Of a DNA stretch of 64,000 nt, positions 1 through 8,425 are shown piece by piece; position 1 is the first letter of the stretch, and each line of letters begins with the position of its first letter. The stretch is from a virus. The position numbers were made by a program, and so were the translations under genes. The DNA lies in the IMG/VR virus record IMGVR_UViG_3300020442_002661, positions 1 to 64,000 of that record, one strand, 5' to 3'. The notes under the pieces were generated by a model. The model was not told the origin of the DNA and ran no database searches. It saw only the letters and a list, made by a program, of their open reading frames with translations.

Positions 1-1261
1 AGTGTTTTAAGTTTGCTCTCCAGAACGCTTCCGGGTTGTGCGCCTTTTGGTACGCGAGTGCCCAGATGAGTCTTCCGAGATTGACCGCATGAGCTCTGCA
101 TAGCCCGAAACCTGATAGTTCTTGAAGCGCCGCCATAGCTTCTTGCTTACGCGGATTATTACCGAGCCTTTCAACAAATTCCAAAATCTTTTCATCATTC
201 TTTTTTGCAAATGCTCTCCTATACATATCGGCTTCATACATATCTACACCGATGATATTACTTATTATATTAATAGCGTCATCTTCGAATACAATACTAT
301 CTTGTACTACTTCTTGTGACCAGTCTTGGAACATAGCGGCCTTCTGTCTACCACTTAGTGCTACAGGTCTGATCATCGCTGTAGCAAATACACAGTCTTC
401 CATGCTGGTGGGTTGTATAGCACGGAATAAACGCCGCATAGCAGGCGATTCTCCTTGGGTCACACCCAACACATCCCCTCTGGCCAATAAGGCGCTTGTA
501 CGGGCGTCTGTGTGCGGATAATCGGCCAATTTAGTGTCTGGATCAATGTCCATTAGTTGTGATAATCCACGGTTTGCTAGTATATCTACTTTGAGATGTT
601 CTAAGTCTTCTACTTCGTGTTTGTCAAGTAGGATTTGGTTGTCTTGTGATATTAATGATTTTGGTAATTGCCTTGTAAACATTACGATGCCTCCACAGTG
701 TTTTGATATTGCTCTTTTCTTACCTAGTAACTTACGTTCAATACGTTTGGCTTCTTTTGAGTCAACGCCAACGCTTTCGTAAGTAAAGTTACGTGGAAGA
801 TTACCTGTGGCACCTAAACGTTTAGCCGCTTCTCGTCTTGCGGATTTTTCTTTGTAGGTGACGTAGTTGCTTAGTCGTGCAGTCTTACCTGGCCATTTGC
901 GGAATATCCTTTCCATGACTTCCGTCTGTCGATGATGTTCAAAGTCTATGTCCACATCTGGTAGATCGTCCCTCAAAGGGTTCATGAACCGTGCCACAGG
1001 TATGTTCCACTTGATTGGGTCTACATCTGTAATACCCAACAAGTAGCATACAAGACTTGAACCAGCAGATCCTCTAGTCATATGAGTAAGGTCTGTGGTT
1101 AGGTCAATTATGTCACAAATTTGAAGGAAGTAATCAGTGAAACGCTGGTTAAGGATGAGCTCAAATTCTTCTGCCAGGCGAGTTTGATAAATGTCTCCGG
1201 GTGGGATAGGCCTTTTAAATCTGTCTAATAGCCTCTGTATGTTTTCTAAATCTGTTGCCAT
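1..1261 (-). CDS. dnaE: DNA polymerase III alpha (DnaE, family C)-like protein lacking the PHP domain; 3' end runs off the window; absent from the ORF track
   Basis: Manual translation from ATG at 1261 is open to base 1: MATDLENIQRLL...RGSAGSSLVCYLLGITDVDPI...RFMNPLRDDLPDVDIDF...SKHCGG...LKVDIL...AMIRP...GFGLCRAHA...AYQKAHNP, the DnaE palm and finger motifs in canonical order. Confidence 0.9.
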   Translation of the reverse strand, partial: MATDLENIQRLLDRFKRPIPPGDIYQTRLAEEFELILNQRFTDYFLQICDIIDLTTDLTHMTRGSAGSSLVCYLLGITDVDPIKWNIPVARFMNPLRDDLPDVDIDFEHHRQTEVMERIFRKWPGKTARLSNYVTYKEKSARREAAKRLGATGNLPRNFTYESVGVDSKEAKRIERKLLGKKRAISKHCGGIVMFTRQLPKSLISQDNQILLDKHEVEDLEHLKVDILANRGLSQLMDIDPDTKLADYPHTDARTSALLARGDVLGVTQGESPAMRRLFRAIQPTSMEDCVFATAMIRPVALSGRQKAAMFQDWSQEVVQDSIVFEDDAINIISNIIGVDMYEADMYRRAFAKKNDEKILEFVERLGNNPRKQEAMAALQELSGFGLCRAHAVNLGRLIWALAYQKAHNPEAFWRANLKH

Positions 1262-1311
1262 TTATAGCCTCTTCATTGTCTTGTTATGCCTAACGTTATT
1301 TCTAACGCAAG

Positions 1312-1584
1312 TTATTTAGCAAGACGAACAGGCACCACATGTGGAAATTTGATTGGAAAAAGTGTAGCATATTTTGAATCAGGATCGTCTATATCAACAT
1401 AGATATCGCATCTACAAAATCTATCTGCGGTTTGACTTTGGCTATGAACTAGTTTCCATGTCCATTCACGCAGTTCAACTTCTTTGTATAGATCCTCGCC
1501 TACTTCTCTACGAACCCATAGTTGTTCTGCTTTTAGGCCTTTATGACTCCATTTGAAATCACACTGTCCTACATAGTATCTCAT
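1312..1584 (-). CDS. hypothetical protein
   Basis: 90-aa ORF with a 4-nt overlap with the upstream gene; no motif recognised. Confidence 0.65.
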   Translation of the reverse strand: MRYYVGQCDFKWSHKGLKAEQLWVRREVGEDLYKEVELREWTWKLVHSQSQTADRFCRCDIYVDIDDPDSKYATLFPIKFPHVVPVRLAK

Positions 1585-2063
1585 TTATACTCAAAGTTTT
1601 GTGTGTTAGGATTGTGCTTGATTAGTTTTGCTCCGTTGCGAATATGAAAATGAGTAGCCATAGGAGTCAAGGGAGATAGTGTGACAACACGTTTGATATT
1701 TTCATTTTGTTTTACATGTTTATATAATTTGTGTATTATTTCTCTACCTGCTCCTCTTTTACGAGACCAAACTGTATAAGCAACAGCAACATTAGCATCA
1801 TCTTTCATGTGTGCATTCTGACTCATTAGATCTAGTTCTCTTACACTTTCAGGTACATCATTAGTGTATGCTACACAAACAATACCTTCAATATTATCTT
1901 CATATTTCAATCCAAATATTTGTCTACCATATTCTTTACGCCAGTCTAATGTAAGTTCAGGACGTACTGGATCTTCTGTTACATCTATATCTTCTAATAT
2001 AACTAACTCAGTTCCCTTTACCCATTTGAAAAAATCATCTAACTTTTTTTGAAATATTTGCAT
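1581..2063 (-). CDS. GNAT-fold protein resembling the malonyl-CoA decarboxylase catalytic domain
   Basis: VAYTVWSRKRGAGREII (acyl-CoA loop-like) followed by VTLSP and FHIRNGA. Confidence 0.5.
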   Translation of the reverse strand: MQIFQKKLDDFFKWVKGTELVILEDIDVTEDPVRPELTLDWRKEYGRQIFGLKYEDNIEGIVCVAYTNDVPESVRELDLMSQNAHMKDDANVAVAYTVWSRKRGAGREIIHKLYKHVKQNENIKRVVTLSPLTPMATHFHIRNGAKLIKHNPNTQNFEYK

Positions 2064-2066
2064 ATA

Positions 2067-3491
2067 CTACTCTGTACCTAAGTTGTTTAAGAATTGTTTA
2101 AGTTTAGTTGAATCAGTATCAGCTTTAATTTTGCCTACTGTATCACCTTCACTTGGATCTTCTTTTACTTCATCTGCACTAAGTGGACCAGATGTTCTCT
2201 TGAGTTGATCGTATATAGTTGACTTACGCTTATCAAATTCTTTATATTCATCTTCATCGCCTAAGTCTCTAATACGCAAACTATCAACATCAAATTCTAA
2301 ATCAATCTTTTGACCTACACCCGAACTACTTCTAGTTTTCATTAACTGTATTTGATATCTACCACGTTCACGCATAGCACGACTTGTAAAGATACCAATC
2401 AAGTTGTCAGCAGTATTAATTTTAGATATACCACCACTGATGTGCGAATGATCAAATTCAATTTCTTCAACACTACTTCTATTCAACTGAGATGCTGTAA
2501 CAAAGATACAGTTTAGTTCCATAGACAAGTTACGCAGTTCTTCTGATACATATTTGTCTTTTACAAACAAGTTCTCTGCACTAATTTTAGTTGCAATAGG
2601 ACTCATCAAATCTAAATAATCTACAAGCACAACATCAATTTTACGTCCTGTTTTAATCTCGTACTCTTTAATATATGCACGTAAGTCATTTGCATTTTTA
2701 CCTGTTGGCATATACTTAACTTGGAATGCACCACTCTTCTTGCCAATTAACTTAACTTTCATTTCAACATCTTCAATGCTCTTGAAAATATCTCTGCTAG
2801 GAATGTCAGTAGTCATACTATCAAGTCTCATACTAACTAAGTTCTCTGAAAGTTCAAATGTCAAGTACAACACATTCATTCCTGCTTCACACCAGTTTAC
2901 ACCCATGTTAGCCAAAAACAAACTCTTACCAGATCCACTACCACCTGCAAAGATGTTTAGCTCTCCTCTGTTGAATCCACCAAATAGTTTCTTATCTAAA
3001 CTTGGCCAGCCTGTGCTTACTTGTCCATTCTTATCTTTAATTGCTTCTAGTCTTGCTCTTGGATCAGCAAAGTAATCTGTACCTAAATCTTTTTGCAATC
3101 CAATCTGTACAGCCTGTTTAACTAGATCCTCACAAGCACCATATTGACCTTTTTCTAATAAGTCTGCACTTGTTAAGATTGCTTTTTCTAATGCTTTGTG
3201 TTTACTAAACGTTTCAAATTCTTGCAGTAACCAATCATAATGATTCTCTGCTAGTTCGCCCGGACTTTTTAAGTTACTATCAGTTGCCGCATTGATCATA
3301 TCAAATGTAGGCATAGCATTGTGTTCTTCAACATATGCTTTTAAAAACTTTGCAGGCTCCTGTAGTTTTCTATCAAAACTATTTGGATCAAATACACCCT
3401 GACATCTTACAAAGCTCTCTGCATCTGTAAGAAACATTTCAAGATATACCTTTTGTATATCATAACCATAATCTGTATTTTGTCTGCTCAT
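2067..3491 (-). CDS. replicative DnaB-family helicase (T4 gp41-like); start moved to ATG 3491
   Basis: STGWPSLD, Walker A GGSGSGKS, VDYLDLM, TASQLNR, MKTR; promoter directly upstream of ATG 3491. Confidence 0.93.
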   Translation of the reverse strand: MSRQNTDYGYDIQKVYLEMFLTDAESFVRCQGVFDPNSFDRKLQEPAKFLKAYVEEHNAMPTFDMINAATDSNLKSPGELAENHYDWLLQEFETFSKHKALEKAILTSADLLEKGQYGACEDLVKQAVQIGLQKDLGTDYFADPRARLEAIKDKNGQVSTGWPSLDKKLFGGFNRGELNIFAGGSGSGKSLFLANMGVNWCEAGMNVLYLTFELSENLVSMRLDSMTTDIPSRDIFKSIEDVEMKVKLIGKKSGAFQVKYMPTGKNANDLRAYIKEYEIKTGRKIDVVLVDYLDLMSPIATKISAENLFVKDKYVSEELRNLSMELNCIFVTASQLNRSSVEEIEFDHSHISGGISKINTADNLIGIFTSRAMRERGRYQIQLMKTRSSSGVGQKIDLEFDVDSLRIRDLGDEDEYKEFDKRKSTIYDQLKRTSGPLSADEVKEDPSEGDTVGKIKADTDSTKLKQFLNNLGTE

Positions 3492-3497
3492 ACGTAT

Positions 3498-3527
3498 ATT
3501 ATACTTTCTTATACCATGCTTTGTCAA
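3498..3527 (-). promoter_or_regulatory. sigma70-consensus promoter of the helicase gene
   Basis: TTGACA-N18-TATAAT-N6-ATG. Confidence 0.8.
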
Positions 3528-4461
3528 GTGAAACTATTTTCGTTTTTGTGTGTGCTAGTACAGCACCTATACATGACCCTGGATCGCCTGGATTCTTGGG
3601 TACATGTACACTTTCCCAATTATGTCTAATCTTGTCTACACCCTGCTTGTTTAGAGCACCACCCCCTGCTAATGCAAGGTGATGACTGTCTGTATCACTA
3701 AAAGCCTTATAGCTTAATTGTCTTAGGGTCTCTTCAAATATCATTTGGGTAGATGCCGCAATGTCATTCATGTCTTGTTCAGTACACAGATCAGGTCTCC
3801 ACCACATACATCCTCTATGTAAATTTTCTTTTGAGTTGAACATACGTCCTGTACCATGTCCTAATAGGTCCCTCTGGATATTAGTATACAGCCTTATAGG
3901 GTCACCTTTGTTTGCCATATCAGCAATCATATACTCGTCACGTTGTGGTTCTAATCCTACACGTTGGGTCATAGCACTATAAAACAATCCAATGCTATGC
4001 GGATAACGTTGGGTGTATATCTTTTTAAGATTGTTGTCCTTGCCATGCCACATGGTTAAGGTTTCGAACTCACCAATACTATCCAAACATATTACAGCAC
4101 AGTTGTCATAGGGTTGTGTATAATATGCATACGCCGCATGACTTAAATGATGTGTAGTATATGTAATAGGTGCAGTAATATCCCAACGTGCTAGATATTC
4201 TTTAATATTATTTTCTTTATACAGCCATCCTTGTCCTGCCCACCACTGTCGTAGTGTTTTTAACATAGGACGTTCATACCAATAAATTTGTTGCGGAGGC
4301 CCGTAGCTTTGTAATGCTACACTAATTTGTGTCCAGTTTGGATCTGGATCATGAGGTACATCTGAAAAATCTTTTGCAAGACTAGCCCATAACAATTTGT
4401 TGTCATCAAAGACAGCAAGACTAGCATCATGGCTGTTTCCTACCATACCCCATTTAATCAT
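3499..4461 (-). CDS. NodU/CmcH-family carbamoyltransferase, N-terminal Kae1-like domain only
   Basis: HDASLA, YERP, HHLSHAA, LDSIGE, SIGLFYS, AGGGALN, PGDPGSCIGA; ends before the C-terminal domain. Confidence 0.85.
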   Translation of the reverse strand: MIKWGMVGNSHDASLAVFDDNKLLWASLAKDFSDVPHDPDPNWTQISVALQSYGPPQQIYWYERPMLKTLRQWWAGQGWLYKENNIKEYLARWDITAPITYTTHHLSHAAYAYYTQPYDNCAVICLDSIGEFETLTMWHGKDNNLKKIYTQRYPHSIGLFYSAMTQRVGLEPQRDEYMIADMANKGDPIRLYTNIQRDLLGHGTGRMFNSKENLHRGCMWWRPDLCTEQDMNDIAASTQMIFEETLRQLSYKAFSDTDSHHLALAGGGALNKQGVDKIRHNWESVHVPKNPGDPGSCIGAVLAHTKTKIVSLDKAWYKKV

Positions 4462-4464
4462 TTA

Positions 4465-4572
4465 TTATTCTCCATATTTGTCTATTGCAATTTGCATTAA
4501 CCTGTATGGCAAACTGCACACAAAAATGTATGCAGGCCAAAATAACAAATTGTAAATTATAATTTCCATCAT
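4465..4572 (-). CDS. small hydrophobic protein (35 aa), not in track
   Basis: MMEIIIYNLLFWPAYIFVCSLPYRLMQIAIDKYGE; fills the gap and overlaps the upstream stop (ATGA). Confidence 0.55.
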   Translation of the reverse strand: MMEIIIYNLLFWPAYIFVCSLPYRLMQIAIDKYGE

Positions 4573-4814
4573 GTGTTAAATTTTTTCCATAACGAGTGCA
4601 GTACATAAAACCATAAACCATTTATACTTGGTTCAATTAGTGCAACTGCACCTGCTTCCCAAAGTGATGCGCCAGTCATTACACTAACAACCGTCATAGC
4701 AATTACAATGTGTCCTAACGTATAAATTACTGCTAGTACAACACTGTTTCCTTTAAGAAGTCTTTTTAGTAATTCAAATATACCTATTTGAAACTCTGTC
4801 TTCATTTGTATCAC
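4569..4814 (-). CDS. small membrane protein, DUF2061-like
   Basis: Two hydrophobic segments, AGAVALIEP...WFYVLHSLW. Confidence 0.6.
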   Translation of the reverse strand: MIQMKTEFQIGIFELLKRLLKGNSVVLAVIYTLGHIVIAMTVVSVMTGASLWEAGAVALIEPSINGLWFYVLHSLWKKFNT

Positions 4815-4823
4815 CGTAGTCCT

Positions 4824-4946
4824 TTACTTGTAAATGAACGGATCCCTTTTCTTAAGTTCTTCCATTCGTTTTTTAAAAGCCTTATGCTCTTGATAACGTC
4901 TATAAGGAGTTGTTAACCACTCCCAAAACTTTTTTAAATAAACCAT
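4824..4946 (-). CDS. small basic protein (40 aa), not in track
   Basis: MVYLKKFWEWLTTPYRRYQEHKAFKKRMEELKKRDPFIYK; overlaps the primase 3' end. Confidence 0.65.
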   Translation of the reverse strand: MVYLKKFWEWLTTPYRRYQEHKAFKKRMEELKKRDPFIYK

Positions 4947-5938
4947 TTTTTTGCTCTCAATCTTATTTTTAACGGAGACTCTTCTGCCGCTACAACTATG
5001 CTGTGTAGTACATATAGTCTACCGTATTTACGTACTGCTTCGCTTATGTCAGTGATATCCTGACTCCACTCAGGCATGCTTACTTGCCAACCAAGTTCTA
5101 TTGCACGTTCTACTAGTTTGCTACCAGCCTTATCTCTATCTGGTATAACAATAATATCACGCTGTAGTTTATTCATGAGCAAGGCCTGTTGATCAGATAC
5201 TTCACTGCCGCCTAACGCACAACCGTCAATGTGCAGTGCATCTATCTGTCCTTCACATAAGATAGCAAAGACTTTGCTTGGACGCTGTTCATCTAATCCG
5301 TACACAAACCCTGGTTGCACTTCTGTTAAGTACTTTGGCTTTTTGTCTGGGACTACACTACGAGCTGTCCAACCAACTACTCTTCCTTCATAATAAAAAG
5401 GAATAATTAGTCTATCTCTATATCCTAGTTCAGGTGTCCAATAGTAATCTGTATCATCAATATACAGATCTCTATCTCTCATGTATTCAAAAATCTTAAC
5501 AAGATTCTTGTCCATACCTCCCGGCTCTAATGCACAATAGTCTGCCCAGTCTTGCAGTTTACGTGCTGATTCGGGTAATGGTACAGTATTGAACGTAGGT
5601 AGTTGAGCTGTCCTTTCCTGTACTTCTACACCTTCATTTTCTCGCATAACATCAAGTGCTACCTTGTTAATTGCATCGTCAGGTGTTCCCATCCATTGCA
5701 ATAACCTACGCATCTTGTGAGAGAATGGACGTCCAGGTTGCCAGCTCGCTTTGAAGCCGCAATTAAAACAATGATAACTTATGCCATCGTCATTTTGTAT
5801 TACTCCACCTCTACCACGAGTGTCTGCACTATGTCCATTGTGATGGCAACATGGTGCATTAAATGACGTCCATCCAGAAGGAGTAGTCTTCCGCTTGTGC
5901 GGAATGTATGTCAGAACTGTTTCAACTACTACACTCAT
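4934..5938 (-). CDS. DNA primase (T4 gp61-like)
   Basis: Zn-binding region APCC...YHCFNCG, RLIIPF, KYL, TOPRIM motifs EGQIDA and PDRDKAG. Confidence 0.9.
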   Translation of the reverse strand: MSVVVETVLTYIPHKRKTTPSGWTSFNAPCCHHNGHSADTRGRGGVIQNDDGISYHCFNCGFKASWQPGRPFSHKMRRLLQWMGTPDDAINKVALDVMRENEGVEVQERTAQLPTFNTVPLPESARKLQDWADYCALEPGGMDKNLVKIFEYMRDRDLYIDDTDYYWTPELGYRDRLIIPFYYEGRVVGWTARSVVPDKKPKYLTEVQPGFVYGLDEQRPSKVFAILCEGQIDALHIDGCALGGSEVSDQQALLMNKLQRDIIVIPDRDKAGSKLVERAIELGWQVSMPEWSQDITDISEAVRKYGRLYVLHSIVVAAEESPLKIRLRAKKWFI

Positions 5939-5944
5939 AGTAAT

Positions 5945-5973
5945 ATAATACTACCTTAGAGCGAGATTGTCAA
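5945..5973 (-). promoter_or_regulatory. sigma70-like promoter of primase
   Basis: TTGACA-N17-TATTAT-N6-ATG. Confidence 0.75.
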
Positions 5974-6741
5974 CTAATTTCTTATCAAAATCTTTGAAAT
6001 ATTGGTTGGATCCGTTGTGGTTCTAAATCTAATGTACTGATATACACCATTAAAATTAGCATCAACAGGCATAGTTTCATTTGCCAGGGAAACTGTAGCA
6101 ACCTTTGTCCAAGGCATTCCTACTGATACAGTGTTTGACAATGATGCTTCTATTTCAACATCGCCAGTAAAATTAGAACTATATACTGCCACTGTATGTA
6201 ATGCACTGTTTCCGTTTTTACCTGGCTCAGCATCTAGAGCTTGTGTTGTCCATTCATCTGTACCACCTGTGTTTTGTGTAAACACACTCACGCTTTTGCT
6301 TTCTTTTGCTCCTGGAAATGCTTCACTACTAATTTTTGCATAGCCATTGTTTGCTAGATTACTATGACTATAAGTAAGAGTTTTATTACCGTTAGCATCT
6401 ATAAGATATAATGTGTACGTTAAGAATTGGTCTTTTAGATCTATAATATCACTTTCACCTACAACTACAGTACATAGGCCTGTAATTGTAGCACTTGCTG
6501 TTGCTTGTTTATCTAATACTTGGTCACCATCTTCATCGAATGCTACAAATCTTATTGTATATCCTGTTAGTGACTTTCCTTTTTGATCAGCATTAACTAT
6601 TTTAAATTCTAAGTTATTGTCAATGCCTCTATATATGTTAAGTTCTTTTGTGTACACTGGTTTAAACTCCGTTGCGAACCCTGCGTCATTAACTACGACA
6701 GTGGTTCTGTTATTGACTAAATATCTTGGTATAAGTTGCAT
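5974..6741 (-). CDS. probable virion structural protein (beta-rich, BppU-like N-terminus)
   Basis: IYRGIDNNLEFKIVNADQK pattern, Thr/Ser-rich, preceded by a GATAAATA box. Confidence 0.5.
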   Translation of the reverse strand: MQLIPRYLVNNRTTVVVNDAGFATEFKPVYTKELNIYRGIDNNLEFKIVNADQKGKSLTGYTIRFVAFDEDGDQVLDKQATASATITGLCTVVVGESDIIDLKDQFLTYTLYLIDANGNKTLTYSHSNLANNGYAKISSEAFPGAKESKSVSVFTQNTGGTDEWTTQALDAEPGKNGNSALHTVAVYSSNFTGDVEIEASLSNTVSVGMPWTKVATVSLANETMPVDANFNGVYQYIRFRTTTDPTNISKILIRN

Positions 6742-6745
6742 ACTA

Positions 6746-6753
6746 TATTTATC
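6746..6753 (-). promoter_or_regulatory. T4-late-like promoter box
   Basis: GATAAATA 4 nt upstream of ATG 6741. Confidence 0.6.
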
Positions 6754-6760
6754 GGAAACT

Positions 6761-7132
6761 ATGTTATTAAAAGATATTGAAAAAAACTTTCCTTATATAT
6801 CCGTTGTTCAATATGGCGGACAGGAATATGTAGGAATAATTATAAACCAAGATCAGTTTGTTACATCTATGTACGTGTACACTGATCTTAAGACTGATTT
6901 AGAACGTAAAAGATTTTTAGAACTAGGGGATACTTGGTGGTGGGAATCAAATAGATTAATTCCTATCAATATATTCTTACGTAAAGATGTTGAACCATTT
7001 AAATACTGTATAGTTACTATGAACAGTAAAGATGTTAAAGTAACTATTGGTCCTACAGTAAATTTAAATAATATGTCAATAAAACGTATTAAGAGGAAAA
7101 ACGTTCAGTTAGTTAAGAAGCCTCGTAATTAA
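6761..7132 (+). CDS. hypothetical phage protein; start moved to ATG 6761
   Basis: MLLKDIEKNFPYISVV...WWWESNRLIPINIFL; fills the gap between two minus-strand genes. Confidence 0.7.
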   Translation: MLLKDIEKNFPYISVVQYGGQEYVGIIINQDQFVTSMYVYTDLKTDLERKRFLELGDTWWWESNRLIPINIFLRKDVEPFKYCIVTMNSKDVKVTIGPTVNLNNMSIKRIKRKNVQLVKKPRN

Positions 7133-7682
7133 GACTTTCACAAATTAAATTCATATGCACAACAACACTTACAGCGTATGCATATGCATGAGCTTTCTTA
7201 AAAAAGTATTCACCGCTTTTTGGTTTTGTCCACACTTCTTTTTCTATCTCTTTCCAACCCTTGTTTGCTAAGTGTCTTTTGGCTGGACGTATGATTGCTA
7301 GTGTTGCCGCCAGTTGAGACACCGATGTAGGTTTCAATTGTTTCAAGAGACTGTCGTGCCCGCTTAGATGAAAAACTTGATCGACGAATTCTTTGTGCTC
7401 CAGTAGTTGCCATAATGGTTCCTTTCTCATTAAACTCTCTAAATGTTTCTCATCTTTTACGTCTTGATATATAGAAACATTTAGGAAATCTAATTTAAAA
7501 TATCCTCGATCTTCAGCAGTTTCATAATCTATTGTAGATAGTTTATCTACAGGGTTGTGCGGAATCTCAGTAACATAAACACCAGTGTTGTGCTTTTTAC
7601 CTGTGTCAAGTTTTGCCACACGGTGTTCAATCTTGTCTAATATCTTTTTTCTATCTGCAAAATCTATATCAATATCAGGCAT
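7113..7682 (-). CDS. minimal or split DnaE-like polymerase catalytic fragment (189 aa)
   Basis: Begins MPDIDIDF; KHNTGVY, GYFKLDFL, LKPTSVSQLAATLAIIRP, YFFKKAHAYAYA. Confidence 0.85.
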   Translation of the reverse strand: MPDIDIDFADRKKILDKIEHRVAKLDTGKKHNTGVYVTEIPHNPVDKLSTIDYETAEDRGYFKLDFLNVSIYQDVKDEKHLESLMRKEPLWQLLEHKEFVDQVFHLSGHDSLLKQLKPTSVSQLAATLAIIRPAKRHLANKGWKEIEKEVWTKPKSGEYFFKKAHAYAYAVSVVVHMNLICESLNYEAS

Positions 7683-7941
7683 TGTAAAACTCTGGTATGT
7701 TTGGTGTTTCGATTATAATATAGGTATAACCTTCAATATGATCTTGTTTACCTAGTGCTGAAATAATTTTTGCCTTACGTCTTTCAGCATCATATGGATT
7801 CTCATCATCAGTATCTGAAGAGCATCTCACAAACACACATACTTGACCCGTTTCTTTAAATAGTTTTTCAAACTGCTCATAATGATCGTCTGTCCAATCA
7901 TTTACATATAACGTTGCAGTTTTATTATTCCAACTAAACAT
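7675..7941 (-). CDS. degenerate HIGH-superfamily nucleotidyltransferase-like protein
   Basis: TGQVCVFVR...NPYD...PNI framework; no intact HxGH. Confidence 0.4.
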   Translation of the reverse strand: MFSWNNKTATLYVNDWTDDHYEQFEKLFKETGQVCVFVRCSSDTDDENPYDAERRKAKIISALGKQDHIEGYTYIIIETPNIPEFYNA

Positions 7942-8425
7942 TCTTAAATTTTTTTGCTTTCTTTGTTGCCATGTCCCATTTTAATTTGCTTACACGATCT
8001 TTAAATGTAATACCTTGTAAATGATCCCATTCATGTAAAAAACACTTAGCACTATAACCTTCAATTTTTGCTTGCTTCTTTTCTAAGTTTTCATCATACC
8101 ATTCAGCAAGTATTTCTTTTGGACGCTGTACTTTTACATATATGCCAGGGAAACTCAAACAACCTTCAATGTCTAGTACAGTTTCTTTTGTGTGTTGTAG
8201 TATTGTTGGATTAATACAAATTGTGCTGTTCTCTATTTTGTCACCCATTACAAATACTTGTCCATCGTATTCTACTTGGTTTGCTGAAAGTCCAATACCG
8301 TGATTATCTAACATAACTTGCACCATATTGTCTTTTAATTCTTTTGGATCAACTGGAGGATTATCAATGTCAAAAGGTTTTACTTGCTTTTCTAAAAAAG
8401 CATTTGGGTGATATATTAAGTTCAT
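7934..8425 (-). CDS. def: peptide deformylase
   Basis: GIGLSANQ, EGCLSFP, HEWDHLQG. Confidence 0.95.
   Translation of the reverse strand: MNLIYHPNAFLEKQVKPFDIDNPPVDPKELKDNMVQVMLDNHGIGLSANQVEYDGQVFVMGDKIENSTICINPTILQHTKETVLDIEGCLSFPGIYVKVQRPKEILAEWYDENLEKKQAKIEGYSAKCFLHEWDHLQGITFKDRVSKLKWDMATKKAKKFKNV

Noticed and set aside
7-782. Four short track ORFs (7..237, 122..319, 252..521, 534..782)
   Set aside because: They are alternative-frame or antisense shadows of the continuous minus-strand dnaE-like frame
7113-7682. Split-intein DnaE
   Set aside because: No intein C-terminal His-Asn/Cys junction or N-terminal Cys-Leu block in either DnaE-like ORF
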